Below, piece after piece: positions 47,954 through 58,342 of a stretch of DNA of 64,000 bases. Within the stretch, counting starts at the first letter, position 1; the number at the start of each line of letters is the position of its first letter. Source of the stretch: a virus (Duplodnaviria; Heunggongvirae; Uroviricota; Caudoviricetes); the IMG/VR virus record IMGVR_UViG_3300028888_000003, one strand, 5' to 3'. The position numbers were made by a program, and so were the translations under genes. The notes under the pieces are model-generated. The model was not told where the DNA came from. It made no database searches and was given only the letters and a program-made list of their open reading frames with translations.

Positions 47954-48067
47954 TTATTTGTCCTCCAATCTATTTTAGGAATTACTTCCTTATATAAGTA
48001 AAAAAATTACTTTTACTCTCTAATTAAAAAAGGCAGACTTTAAAGCCGTCTGCTGGGGCTTTTTGAC

Positions 48068-48400
48068 TTAAAAGATTCTATGCCAATCAAAAAGTTCATC
48101 GACAAGCTTTTTAATGTCGTAATCCTTTAGGTCTTCCGAAGTAGAATACGTAGCATGGAAGTAACCATAGTCTTTAATAAAATCATTTCTCAATGATTTA
48201 TAAGTCTTCTCCGCTTCAATCCAAGCTGTGTAAGCATCTTGGACTTCTTTCGCGCGGGCGGTCTTCTCTTCTTTCAACTTGAGTTGCTTATTTTTTGCAT
48301 CTTCAAGTTTCTGCAGATAAACCTTCTCTGCAGTGACACACTCTTCTTCTGTGTCGAAAGTCTTTTTGAGTTCTTCGGAATAGTACTTCATTTTCAACAT
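48068..48400 (-). CDS. hypothetical coiled-coil protein
   Basis: 110 aa. Confidence 0.5.
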   Translation of the reverse strand: MLKMKYYSEELKKTFDTEEECVTAEKVYLQKLEDAKNKQLKLKEEKTARAKEVQDAYTAWIEAEKTYKSLRNDFIKDYGYFHATYSTSEDLKDYDIKKLVDELFDWHRIF

Positions 48401-48610
48401 CTCCTATTATGTGAAAAATTTTTTTAATTAGCATTCCTTTCTGCTAATCTGGTACGGGAGACAAGACTCAAACTTGCACTATTACGGGTCTAAACCGTAT
48501 ATCTCTGTCAATTGGATTACTCCCGCATAAAAAAGTATGGCAGCCCCTGTGAGTGCTGCCCTCACTCCTGCGGTTTTAGAGACCGCCGTCCTAGCTGTTA
48601 GACGAAGGGG

Positions 48611-48810
48611 CATTATGTTTAATCCTCTATAAAAGCAAATTCTTGCGAGTCTTTTAACTGCTTATACTTATCTAAAGGAACTAATAACAAATTTCCCGTA
48701 TCAGCCATTACTACTTTAAAATTGTCTTCCCAATTCTACTCGTAGTTAATGTAAATACAAGTATGTGAATCGGCATATTTGCCGAGTTGTTGGATTAAAT
48801 CTATAACCTT
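48611..48810 (-). CDS. small protein with one in-frame TAG
   Basis: MKVIDLIQQLGKYADSHTCIYINYE-TAG-NWEDNF... Confidence 0.35.
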
Positions 48811-49110
48811 CATTCTGATACCCCAAAAATAAAAATAAAGCGGGATTTGTGTATAAAGTTTGGGAGGTGAAACTTTTACGGTGTCGTACCCGCACGAGGC
48901 TAGCCCTCACGACCTTTCACTATGGTAGAAAGTACCCTATATACGAGTGGGACTTCCTCTTGCTCAAGGAGTTATTCCACACTAATTACGATTTTAATTT
49001 TCTTAACAAGAAGGAGAAAACCGCATAAAACTCCAAAAGAACAAAATTGAGCAGATAATGTTCTAAAAGATAGTAAATAGAATAATTTCCTTTTCCTATT
49101 TACTATAATA

Positions 49111-49139
49111 ATTATACCAAAAATTTTGAAAAAAGTCAA
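49111..49139 (-). promoter_or_regulatory. class-B late promoter (TTGACT -35)
   Basis: rc TTGACTTTTTTCAAAATTTTTGGTATAATTATTATAG. Confidence 0.55.
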
Positions 49140-49858
49140 ATTCTAACTATTCCATCAATGCTAAGCGAAGTAATTTTTTTACCACCAGTTTCAATTTCGC
49201 AAGATTTATGAACGTGTCCACAAAACCACTCTTTAAAAGTAGCAATTTCTAAAATCTCATCTAATCTTTTCTCGCTATCTGCATAAATTGGATTGGGGTA
49301 GAGATTAGATTTTGCAATAAAGGTTGCGGGCGGGCAGTGAGTTAATATATAATCAACTTTGAAGTCGCGCACCTCTAAGTTTTTCTTTGCATTTTCAATT
49401 TCAGCATCACTTATAGTCTCTTCAGCCCACCAAATTGCCTCGCCATAATCTGCTTCATACTGCATACGCCATTCTTTATCGTGAGAATCAGCGCCACCAA
49501 TACAAAGAAAAGATTTTTCTTCTAACTGAACAATCTCGCCAGGCTGGATAACATAGATGCAGTCGCGCAGCTTCCACGTTTTAAAATCCCAGTCATTGCA
49601 AGTCTCAAGGTGATAATAACGCGGCCAGCAGTCATGATTACCAAGTATTGTAAAAAGGACTTTATCATTCTGTTTTAAAACCTCGTTTATATAATCAAGA
49701 GTACTTTCTTCAAATTTATCAGTTTTATTAGAAAACCATAAACCAAAATCTCCCAACTGAATACAGTATTTCTCTTGACTAAATTTAAAGAAATCAGATG
49801 GGTGCGCCCAATTTAATATCATATCAGTCTCAGCATGGATATCCGATAAAATCAGCAT
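49136..49858 (-). CDS. calcineurin-like metallophosphoesterase (second copy, distinct)
   Basis: LILSDIHAE, GDFG, GNHD motifs. Confidence 0.6.
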   Translation of the reverse strand: MLILSDIHAETDMILNWAHPSDFFKFSQEKYCIQLGDFGLWFSNKTDKFEESTLDYINEVLKQNDKVLFTILGNHDCWPRYYHLETCNDWDFKTWKLRDCIYVIQPGEIVQLEEKSFLCIGGADSHDKEWRMQYEADYGEAIWWAEETISDAEIENAKKNLEVRDFKVDYILTHCPPATFIAKSNLYPNPIYADSEKRLDEILEIATFKEWFCGHVHKSCEIETGGKKITSLSIDGIVRI

Positions 49859-50226
49859 TTAAACTCGCTCCTTTCTGTTTCTGTCTGATCGGTTTGACTA
49901 ATTATTAAATTACCAATTTTTGCAAGGACTTTAACTTGGTCAAATTCTTCTTGCGTGTCAATTTCTTTAAAAAGACGGTCGTCACAAGACACTATTTCCC
50001 CATCTTTATTAAATGAAGCAATTACAAAGCAATATTCTCTATTATTATTGGTATTAAGATAGAATTTAACTATATCAATTTCATGGGTGTTATAAGTGTG
50101 CTCACCCAAAAAAGTAGCAGTTTCAAGACCAAATTTTCCTTTTCTTGCTATTAACATATTAATCCTCCTCCCAATCAGTTTGCTTATATTCTTGTCTTTC
50201 GCGCCAGCCCGTATTATAAGGAACAA
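49852..50226 (-). CDS. hypothetical protein
   Basis: 124 aa. Confidence 0.5.
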   Translation of the reverse strand: MFLIIRAGAKDKNISKLIGRRINMLIARKGKFGLETATFLGEHTYNTHEIDIVKFYLNTNNNREYCFVIASFNKDGEIVSCDDRLFKEIDTQEEFDQVKVLAKIGNLIISQTDQTETERSEFKC

Positions 50227-50647
50227 TCATATTATTAACCATATCACAGCTTAACTTCATTAAATCTTTAATTGCTTGCTCTTTATCTGCTTCGGTTTCA
50301 GCAAAATCATAATCTGCCTGAATTGATGTAAGTATATCACATACATTACAGGAACCATAACCTATATAAGTAAGTAAATAATCATATTCCGCAGGCTGAT
50401 ATCTATTTGCTCTTGGAATTAAAAACATTAAAGTTCCTTGATATTCCCCATCATCAATTTTATGAATTTTTAAATAATCCCAGCCGCGATCAAAAGGGGT
50501 GGGATACTCACCATCATCAAGTATATACTTAACAGTATACATTAATATATCTTCATAACTATACTCGTATAAATGTTCGATAGTTCTAAAAAACTGTTCA
50601 AGTTTATCACAGTTTTGTCCCCATTTATCTCTACAATACTTAATCAT
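50159..50647 (-). CDS. hypothetical protein
   Basis: 162 aa. Confidence 0.5.
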   Translation of the reverse strand: MIKYCRDKWGQNCDKLEQFFRTIEHLYEYSYEDILMYTVKYILDDGEYPTPFDRGWDYLKIHKIDDGEYQGTLMFLIPRANRYQPAEYDYLLTYIGYGSCNVCDILTSIQADYDFAETEADKEQAIKDLMKLSCDMVNNMIVPYNTGWRERQEYKQTDWEED

Positions 50648-50677
50648 ACATATATACTCCTTTTATTTTCTATAATA

Positions 50678-50706
50678 ATTATACCATAAATTTTAAAAAA
50701 AGTCAA
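50678..50706 (-). promoter_or_regulatory. class-B late promoter
   Basis: rc TTGACTTTTTTTAAAATTTATGGTATAATTATTATAG. Confidence 0.55.
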
Positions 50707-50962
50707 ATTTAAAAAACAAAAGCCCAGAACATATAATGCTCTGGACTCCCGTTCAATTATTAGTGAGTAAGTAGCCAAATCGCATCTTTTAACGGACCAG
50801 CCATTTGATCGACCCACTGAACGCAGACATCAATGGCTTTATTAACAACTCCGTTATTAATTAACTTTTCGGCATATCCTAATAAGAGATCAAGAACAAT
50901 ACTTAAATCGCCCATTGGAATCACCCCTATATAATTATGTTCGGTTCCTTAACCTACTATAA

Positions 50963-50991
50963 ATAGTATAACAGAAATTTTTAAAAAAGTC
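50963..50991 (-). promoter_or_regulatory. class-B late promoter
   Basis: rc TTGACTTTTTTAAAAATTTCTGTTATACT. Confidence 0.5.
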
Positions 50992-51330
50992 AAATTTTAA
51001 GATTCAAATTTTCTCAGATTCCTGACCGCTTTTGCAATAAGTCTGCGATTTTCAACCGGCTTCTGCATTAATTTTGCAATTCTGTTTTCCCAATAAAGTT
51101 TGTCTCTTGTCATATCTCTTTTCTCCTTTTAATTTTTATATAAATTCTTTAAATTTTAACTGACCATTTATTTCGTTATCGGAAAATCCTATTTTAATAT
51201 AAGGTGTTTGCCCTTCTGACGCGGCTTCGAGCGCGAAGTCTACTGCCGCTTCAATTTCGTCTTCATTTAGCAACTCATCAACCTGAAGTTCACACATAAA
51301 ATTATCCATTTTAATTCTCCTTCTTATAAA

Positions 51331-51876
51331 TTAAAGTTTTAAGGCAAATTTTATAATTGGACTATCATAAGCATTTGTGCCACAATACCAAACTGGTCCA
51401 TCATTATCATCTCCATCACACATATGAATTGGACCGCCGCCATTTTTTTCATACCAATGACCATTTTCATAAAAGCGGAAATGGAAGTCTGAATGGATAT
51501 AATCATAACTATCTTCAGTACCGGCCCAATTGTCATCAAAATCACTTATAAGTTCAAAAAAGTAACGAAAATAAATTAAACGCTCTCCCTCTTTTAATTC
51601 TGATTTATCTCTAATTGTACGAAGATTTTTAAAGTCTTTTAAAATATGTTTGACAAATTTGTTTAAAAGGATATTATAAATTTGTTCCTTTAAATACCCA
51701 AGGTCAATATATCGTGCAATACTATCTTCAATCTCATCAACATCAACGCTATAAGGTTCATACCAAGAAAAGGTATTTAAAGCATAGCCGCCGCAATTGT
51801 ATTCAAAATCATCAGTATTATCGGAGTTGCGAGTTCCCTTGATATTATAATAATCTTGAGTTTCTGTAAGTGGCAT
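51331..51876 (-). CDS. hypothetical protein
   Basis: 181 aa. Confidence 0.5.
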   Translation of the reverse strand: MPLTETQDYYNIKGTRNSDNTDDFEYNCGGYALNTFSWYEPYSVDVDEIEDSIARYIDLGYLKEQIYNILLNKFVKHILKDFKNLRTIRDKSELKEGERLIYFRYFFELISDFDDNWAGTEDSYDYIHSDFHFRFYENGHWYEKNGGGPIHMCDGDDNDGPVWYCGTNAYDSPIIKFALKL

Positions 51877-51910
51877 CTTATCATTCCTTTCTCATTCATT
51901 TCTATAATAA

Positions 51911-51939
51911 TTATAGCAAAATTTTTAGAAAAATGCAAA
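51911..51939 (-). promoter_or_regulatory. class-B late promoter
   Basis: rc TTGCATTTTTCTAAAAATTTTGCTATAATTATTATAG. Confidence 0.55.
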
Positions 51940-51983
51940 TTTTAACCGCCTACGACATTACGTTGTAGGCGGCGTTCCGAAAT

Positions 51984-52400
51984 TTATTTCGATGCAGTCA
52001 GCATTTTATTTGTTTTAATTGTTGCTTCAATTATAGTGGTTAACCATTCGGTAATATCACCATAGTTAGCCATAATAAATTCTTTTGCTTCTTCACTAAG
52101 CATCTCTTCTGTCTTTTCAAGAGCCATTTGAAGAGCCGCAGTTTGCTCTTCGGGAGTAAATTCATTTCTATTCTTCAGCGTGTCAACAAAAGTTTGGCTT
52201 ACGTAGTTAACTACAGTCTCAACTGTCTTTTGTATCGAATCAAGTATTCTTTTCTCATTATCAGATTGAGCCTTGTCTTTCGCCAAAGTAGTTTTAATAT
52301 TGATAAATTTAATTAACTTGGTAGTTAAAACTGGAATTACTCCAATTAATACAATACTAAGTAAATCTAAAACTGTTTTTAAAACTAATGAACCAGTCAT
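51984..52400 (-). CDS. membrane protein (possible holin/lysis-associated)
   Basis: N-terminal TM helices; adjacent to endolysin. Confidence 0.4.
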   Translation of the reverse strand: MTGSLVLKTVLDLLSIVLIGVIPVLTTKLIKFINIKTTLAKDKAQSDNEKRILDSIQKTVETVVNYVSQTFVDTLKNRNEFTPEEQTAALQMALEKTEEMLSEEAKEFIMANYGDITEWLTTIIEATIKTNKMLTASK

Positions 52401-52413
52401 TTCCTTTTCCTCC

Positions 52414-53187
52414 TTATTTAATTAAATAATTCATACTAACCCAACCACTTGGGCAATAACCCCATTTGCCATCAGTACTTAATTTAGTAATTGAAATTTT
52501 CATTCCTTTGGGGAAATAATTAACTGCTTTACCTTTAATTTTAAGTATCTGACTTTTAGCATTTGAGGTAAATTGATTATATTTAACTTTTGCATATTTT
52601 GTTCCAGCGCCCGCGCGCACATTAACGTCTGCTTTTACAGTATAATTTCCCGTCTTTTTCGTGGTCGTCGATGGCGCCGCCGCTGTAGACGTACTACCAG
52701 CCCTTAAAAAAGCCTTAGGATCAAAGTAAGTACGGTTCTAACTTGATACATAATAACCGCCTGAAAGCTTGCCTGGCTTACTAACATCAACGTGAAGATG
52801 GCGGCCTGTTGAATTACCCGTATTACCAAGATAACCAATTACTTGACCTTTTTTAACAGTATCACCAGTTTTAACAGTAACAGAGCCTTTAGTCATATGC
52901 TAATAGCGCCAACGGTATCCATCTGCGGTTTCGATATATACATAGTTGCCCATACCTTTTGTACCAGTATCTTTGATTACACCAGAAATTGAGTTTTGAT
53001 ATGATGTAACCTTGCCACCCTCAATAGCTACAATATAATCATATCCATTATTTACATTAGGATTGCCAATAACGTCAATTCCTTTATGAAGAGATCCATT
53101 GCTATAAGTATAGCCAAAATCAAGCGTCATATAATGCTCTCCCTTTTGCAATACATTCGTTTTGATTCCAGAAAGTTTCGTAGACAT
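52414..53187 (-). CDS. endolysin: M23 peptidase + SH3b cell-wall-binding domain (in-frame TAGs)
   Basis: [15 protein letters not shown] (M23 HxH) in region after TAG at 52900; C-terminal SH3b-like [13 protein letters not shown]...GWVSMNYL. Confidence 0.55.
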
Positions 53188-53191
53188 TTTA

Positions 53192-53539
53192 TCACCCCAT
53201 TAATTCAGTATTATCGTCCTCGTCGTATATAGGGTCGTCGTGAACAAAGTAGTCTGTTGATTCGTGCAAGTCAAAATCTGATTCTTTTAGTTGAAATCCC
53301 TTTTCTTCTTTTAACTTAATTCGGTCTTGAACGCGCCAGATTGAAGTTACGCGCTTTACTATATAAATTAGTGTTGTTCCCGCAATTTCAATTCCGAATA
53401 CTTCATACCATTTCTCTGTTAAAGTGGGCGAAAGCTCGGTTCCAGTAATCCATTGGAACAAGTATGCGCCCACTCCATAGAGAATACAAAGAAGTAAAGA
53501 AGCAACTACCATTACCGAAAGGAAATTAGGTTTCTTCAT
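53192..53539 (-). CDS. membrane protein (holin candidate)
   Basis: two TM helices, charged C-terminus. Confidence 0.45.
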   Translation of the reverse strand: MKKPNFLSVMVVASLLLCILYGVGAYLFQWITGTELSPTLTEKWYEVFGIEIAGTTLIYIVKRVTSIWRVQDRIKLKEEKGFQLKESDFDLHESTDYFVHDDPIYDEDDNTELMG

Positions 53540-53557
53540 TTCTTCACTTCCTTACGT

Positions 53558-53749
53558 TTAATAGATACAAGAATTTCTTTTTTTACATCTAGGACATTGT
53601 AATTTATATTCTCCACCTTTTACATTAGGAAAAGTACATGTCCATATATTGCCGCAAGAGCGACATTCAACTCGTTCTGTGCGCCAGTTCTTTTTATTGA
53701 TTTTTTTAATACCGTCTGAAAATGCTTCAAATAATTTGTCAAGTATCAT
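53558..53749 (-). CDS. zinc-ribbon small protein
   Basis: CRSCG...CPRCKKRNSC. Confidence 0.5.
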   Translation of the reverse strand: MILDKLFEAFSDGIKKINKKNWRTERVECRSCGNIWTCTFPNVKGGEYKLQCPRCKKRNSCIY

Positions 53750-53769
53750 TTAAATCAACTCCTTTAGGT

Positions 53770-55077
53770 TTGTAATACCCATTCATATGTGAGTGTTTTG
53801 TATGTATCGCCAGATACCGTTCCTACTAAAGCATATGTGCCATTAGTAGTCTTAGGAAGTTCAGGTACTAACATGTATCTAGGCCCTATGTTCCATATAC
53901 AATAGTTCTCATCTTCTGGGAAAGCAAAAGTCATTTCATCAACTGTGTCTTCCTTAAATATTTTGCATACTAAAATTATTGAAGTTTTATTTTGTTCTGT
54001 ATGATATTGTACAGTCGTAACATTTAATACCGCTAAGCCTTCTGTGTTTGAAGGTAAATCAATCTCTTCGTTTTGTCCCCATACAACGCGCAGAGCCTAG
54101 CCTTTAGCTAATGCTGCTTCAATGCTTGCATATGTTGCAGTTGAAGGACAGCGCGCCTCGCCATCAACCACTTCTCCCGCTGTAGTCAATACTTGTACTA
54201 CATATGGAGGAACTTCAAGCGAACTTTCGATAGAATTTATTTTTCTAATTAATCTATCAGGTAAGCAATTGTATTCTATTTTTTTCGTAACTGCAGCATA
54301 GAATGGTATTGTAAAGTATCCTTGATTTTCATCTAAAATCAAGAAATACATACCCCTATCAAGCTCTAATGATACGGAATCAGCTTCTGTTGATTGCTCG
54401 CCAGATTTTCCACCCGAGGCGCCGGGGAACAAATCAACAAAAGGAAGAAATGTCCCCGCAGCAGTTATATAAAAAGCGTTAATATTAAATGCTAACTCTG
54501 GACTACCATAAGACTAAAAATAACCTTCACCATTATTGTCAGCCACACTATTGTCTAAGTCTAGTGCAACTAGAGCAGATTTTTGTAGGGTTTGAGAAAG
54601 ACCAGCTAATATTTCTGTACCATCAGAACCAGGTATATAGTCTTCAATAAAGGCAGTTGCTATTTCAAGTAAGTTACCTTTATAATCAAAATATGCTGGC
54701 GGCTCGCCTTCTTCATTATTATTATCAGAAGCCGCGAAACATTTTACTTCGGCTAGATCTTGCACAAACTCTAAAGTGCCATTAACATCGGTAGTACTGA
54801 CATTATTGCTGGCTTTATATAGCATGAATCTGCAATGTTTTGAGTCTTCGTTATTTTCTAAAATATCATTATAAATTAAAGTAGGATGTTGCGGATGATA
54901 TTGATCTGTAAAAGCCTTTGTTAAGCTAACTTTTGATTGAATATTAAGTACGGTTTTTCTTGATAATTTTTCAGCCCATTCTCTACTTATTAAGCTATCT
55001 TCAGGAAAATCTCCAAATCTCTTATCAAAGATTGTTAATTCTGTACCATCAATTGCATATAAATTAGAAATTATCAT
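53770..55077 (-). CDS. tail/baseplate-associated protein (~435 aa; TAGs at 54514 and 54097 read through; 3' end approximate)
   Basis: ORF-track pieces 54514-55077 and 54097-54432 share a frame across TAG codons. Confidence 0.45.
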
Positions 55078-58000
55078 TAATTACCGCCTCCTTGAGAATT
55101 TATAAAAGCAACATTACCTACATTACCTTTTATCCAATTATATTCTGGTGCGCCATTTGTTACGGTTAATTGTAAGATATATGAACCATCTGTAGTCGGC
55201 GGATCGGGAATTGGAACTGAGGACAACTTTGTTCCACCAGTAGAGTTTGCCTCACAACCTACGTATACATCTCCCATAAAGTATGCGTTACCATTATAAT
55301 CAAGTGAATAAGCGTTTGAACGCTTGTTGTTTGCAAAACCATTACCTACCACAACTAAAGAAGAATTGGCAGCATTATAGAAACGAAAGTAAACCGAATT
55401 CCATCCGTCTACCGGTTCTTCTGGTAGATTAATAAAAGTTAACTCCTTTGTGGTATCATTATACAGACTTCTTGAAGAAATTATTGTATCATTGCCATTA
55501 ACTGGATGAAATACAATTTCTCCTGTCCATAATTCTTCTCTATGCGCATCATCATCAAAGAAGTTTGATAAATCATAAGTATTGGTAGAGGAATCAAAAT
55601 TTGAAAGAACTTTTGTAATATAAGGGTTGGTATCATCATATAATCCAGTTTTGATAGTGTTATATTGTCCGGCAGCATGCTGAATACTATTTGCTATTGT
55701 ACCACGACCTTCCGCATGTGAATATTTTCCACTTGCTGCGGTTTCCAAACCTTCTGCATGAGAATATGCCCCTTGCGCATTTGTGCGGGCTCCCTCTGCA
55801 TGGGAAAAATCTCCATATGCATAAGTTGTACTACCTTCCGCATGACCATTTTCTCCGTCAGCATGAGTAAAAGCACCTTCTACATGAGAATAATTGCCAT
55901 TAGCATAAGTCTGAGAACCTTCTGCATGAGAACTTTCTCCATTGGCCTCAGTAAAGTAGCCTTCTGCATGAGAATAGCTACCATATGCTTGAGTATTGCC
56001 GCCTTCTGCATGAGAACATTCCCCTTCTGTCTAAGTCCATCCGCCTTCAGAATGCGAATAATAACCATTTGCTATTGTTCCATTGCCTTCAGCATGAGAA
56101 ATATGACCATTAGCTTCAGTCCGCGCTCCTTCTGCATGAGAAGCATTACCTTGCGCTGTAGTGCTACCGCCTTCTGCATGAGATTCTGGCCCGATAGCAT
56201 AACTACTACCACCTTCTGCATGGGAATAATCTCCAATTGCCATTGTATTATTTCCTTCAGCATGGGCGCCCCTTATTGGATCCGCAGATTCAATATATGG
56301 ACGTCCTTGAATAGCACCACCAGTATATCTATAAAAACCAGAAGGATATTCATGGTTATTATCATATTCATCAATCCAACTATTTTCAACATAATATAAT
56401 TGACCTACTTCAGCTTCATCTGCATCCAAGTTCATTAAATCTTCATATGACGATATAATTTCATAGTCTTCGCCAAGTTTATTATTACATCCTTCAATAG
56501 ATGAATATTCAACAAAACTAGTTATAGTATTGGATTCGCCAAAAACGGCACAATTCTTTCCATCATTTACATTATTGGCTCCAACAACAATTGAACCACT
56601 ACCAGTTGGATTAACCTTGTCCATTTTATTATTTAAATTAGCAATTGTAGCATAGGTATTACTAACTAATGTCTTATAAGCATTTAAAGTATCAGTAGAT
56701 TCTGTTTTATAGGAATTTAATTCATCTAATGCAGTATTAATATTTGCCCATTGGTCTTCATTAAATACTGTAGTTGAACCCATGTCGTCTCCAATATTTT
56801 CAACAAAATTCCAAGTAAAATTATTATTACCATCTGAACTATATACATATTTTTTTAATATAGGTTTGGTATTATTATTCCAAGGATCAATAATAAAAGC
56901 ATAATCATTTACTTGAATATTATTAGTTGGCAATAAATTAGACAATTCATATTGCAATCTATAAATAACACCTTCAGAATAACCTTCTGTCAAAGTCTAT
57001 TCCTTAATAGGATTAAATGATATATCTTCAATTATATCTTCATTAAGAGCTTCTTCTACCTCTTCTGAAGTTAAATATATTTGTTCCCATGCATTATCTT
57101 GTACCTTAAAATAGTAAGGATAATCATCTATTTTTGTTGTAAAAGTACCTATATAACGATCATGGCCAAAAGCATTGCCACTTACATCAAGCGCGCCATC
57201 AATATAATCTTTTACGCCATTTGGCATACCAGCACCGATTAATAAGCCAGTTGCATTTATATTACCAGTAACATTTAGATTGCCGGTTATTGTTTCGGGA
57301 TTTGTCTATGAAAGTTTTGTATTATCTGCGGCAATTCGCGCAGCAATTTCATCATCTAAATCTGAAGCTAAATCGGTTACTGAAGCTTTAGTAGCCAATT
57401 CATTTGAATTAGAATAAACCTTGCCTGAGAAATAAGCATCACCAGTAAAATTTAATGTGCCACTTCCTTCAGGATTTGTTTTATTCATTTTTAAATCTAA
57501 GTCATCATTTAAAGCACTAGTTGCAGTTTCTAAAGCAATAATTCGATCAACTTCTGCCTAAATATATTTAGGATTTAACTATTCTACTTTTTCTTCACCA
57601 AACATGGGCCAAAGAATTACCAATGATTGATTAGATGTAAATGTCCCAGATTGCTCTGCTCTACTATCATAAATACTGTATACGCCCTTTTCAAGTGTAA
57701 TTGTTTTTTCTTTAATAGTAACAGTTGCAGGTTCTGTGCTATCAATTACTACAAATTCAACATAAGTATTATTATCTATACCATATGTATATATAGAACC
57801 GACATTATTATTTAAGAGATCTGTCTGTAATAGAGAAGCAGTCTCATTCTCAAATAATGAACTAAAAGAGCCTTGTTCTCCACCATTGATGCTTTCTTTA
57901 TGAATGGTTAAATTATTATAAATATCCTCATCAAATTCATTCTAATTCTAAGGATCTCGCGCAATATCTGATAATTTATATAATTTATAATAGCTATCAT

Positions 58001-58262
58001 CTAAATCAATTAACTTTGGCTCGTACTCATTTGTACCTTTAAAATTGCCTTCCCATAAAGGATGCACTAATTCAAAACGATTTGTAGTATAATGAGTACG
58101 ATTTTTAATATAATCAATCAAATTGCTATTATTTTGAAACCAATCTTTTTCGGTATATCCAGCCAAAGATTCTGGATCAACACTCGCGCGCAGATCATAG
58201 CGTTTATTTGCAGTATTTTTAACTCGTTTAATATAACCAACGCTTTCTATTAGATCGCTCAT
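55077..58262 (-). CDS. tail fibre protein with ~15 YadA/Hep_Hag-like SHAEG repeats (~1060 aa, at least 6 in-frame TAGs)
   Basis: RBS AAAAAGGAGG before ATG 58262; pieces 57948-58262, 57306-57488, 56997-57227, 56031-56993, 55077-55748 all in one frame; repeat phase preserved across TAG (..SEGGWT-TAG-TEGECSHAEGG..). Confidence 0.6.
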
Positions 58263-58289
58263 ACTCTAACCTCCTTTTTGATTATTTTC

Positions 58290-58330
58290 CAATTATAAGT
58301 AGAAATCCCAACTTAGTATCTCTACTAAGT
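58290..58330 (-). terminator. intrinsic terminator
   Basis: TCCCAACTTAGTAGAGATACTAAGTTGGGATTTCTACTT. Confidence 0.55.
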
Positions 58331-58342
58331 TGGGAATACTAT

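Noticed and set aside
55758-56399. + strand ORFs with repeated CMR/ICMG peptides (also 62056-62265, 56072-56263, 55880-56068, 61914-62240)
   Set aside because: They are the antisense or out-of-frame shadow of the SHAEG-repeat fibre genes on the minus strand. They have no RBS and their periodicity mirrors the real frame.
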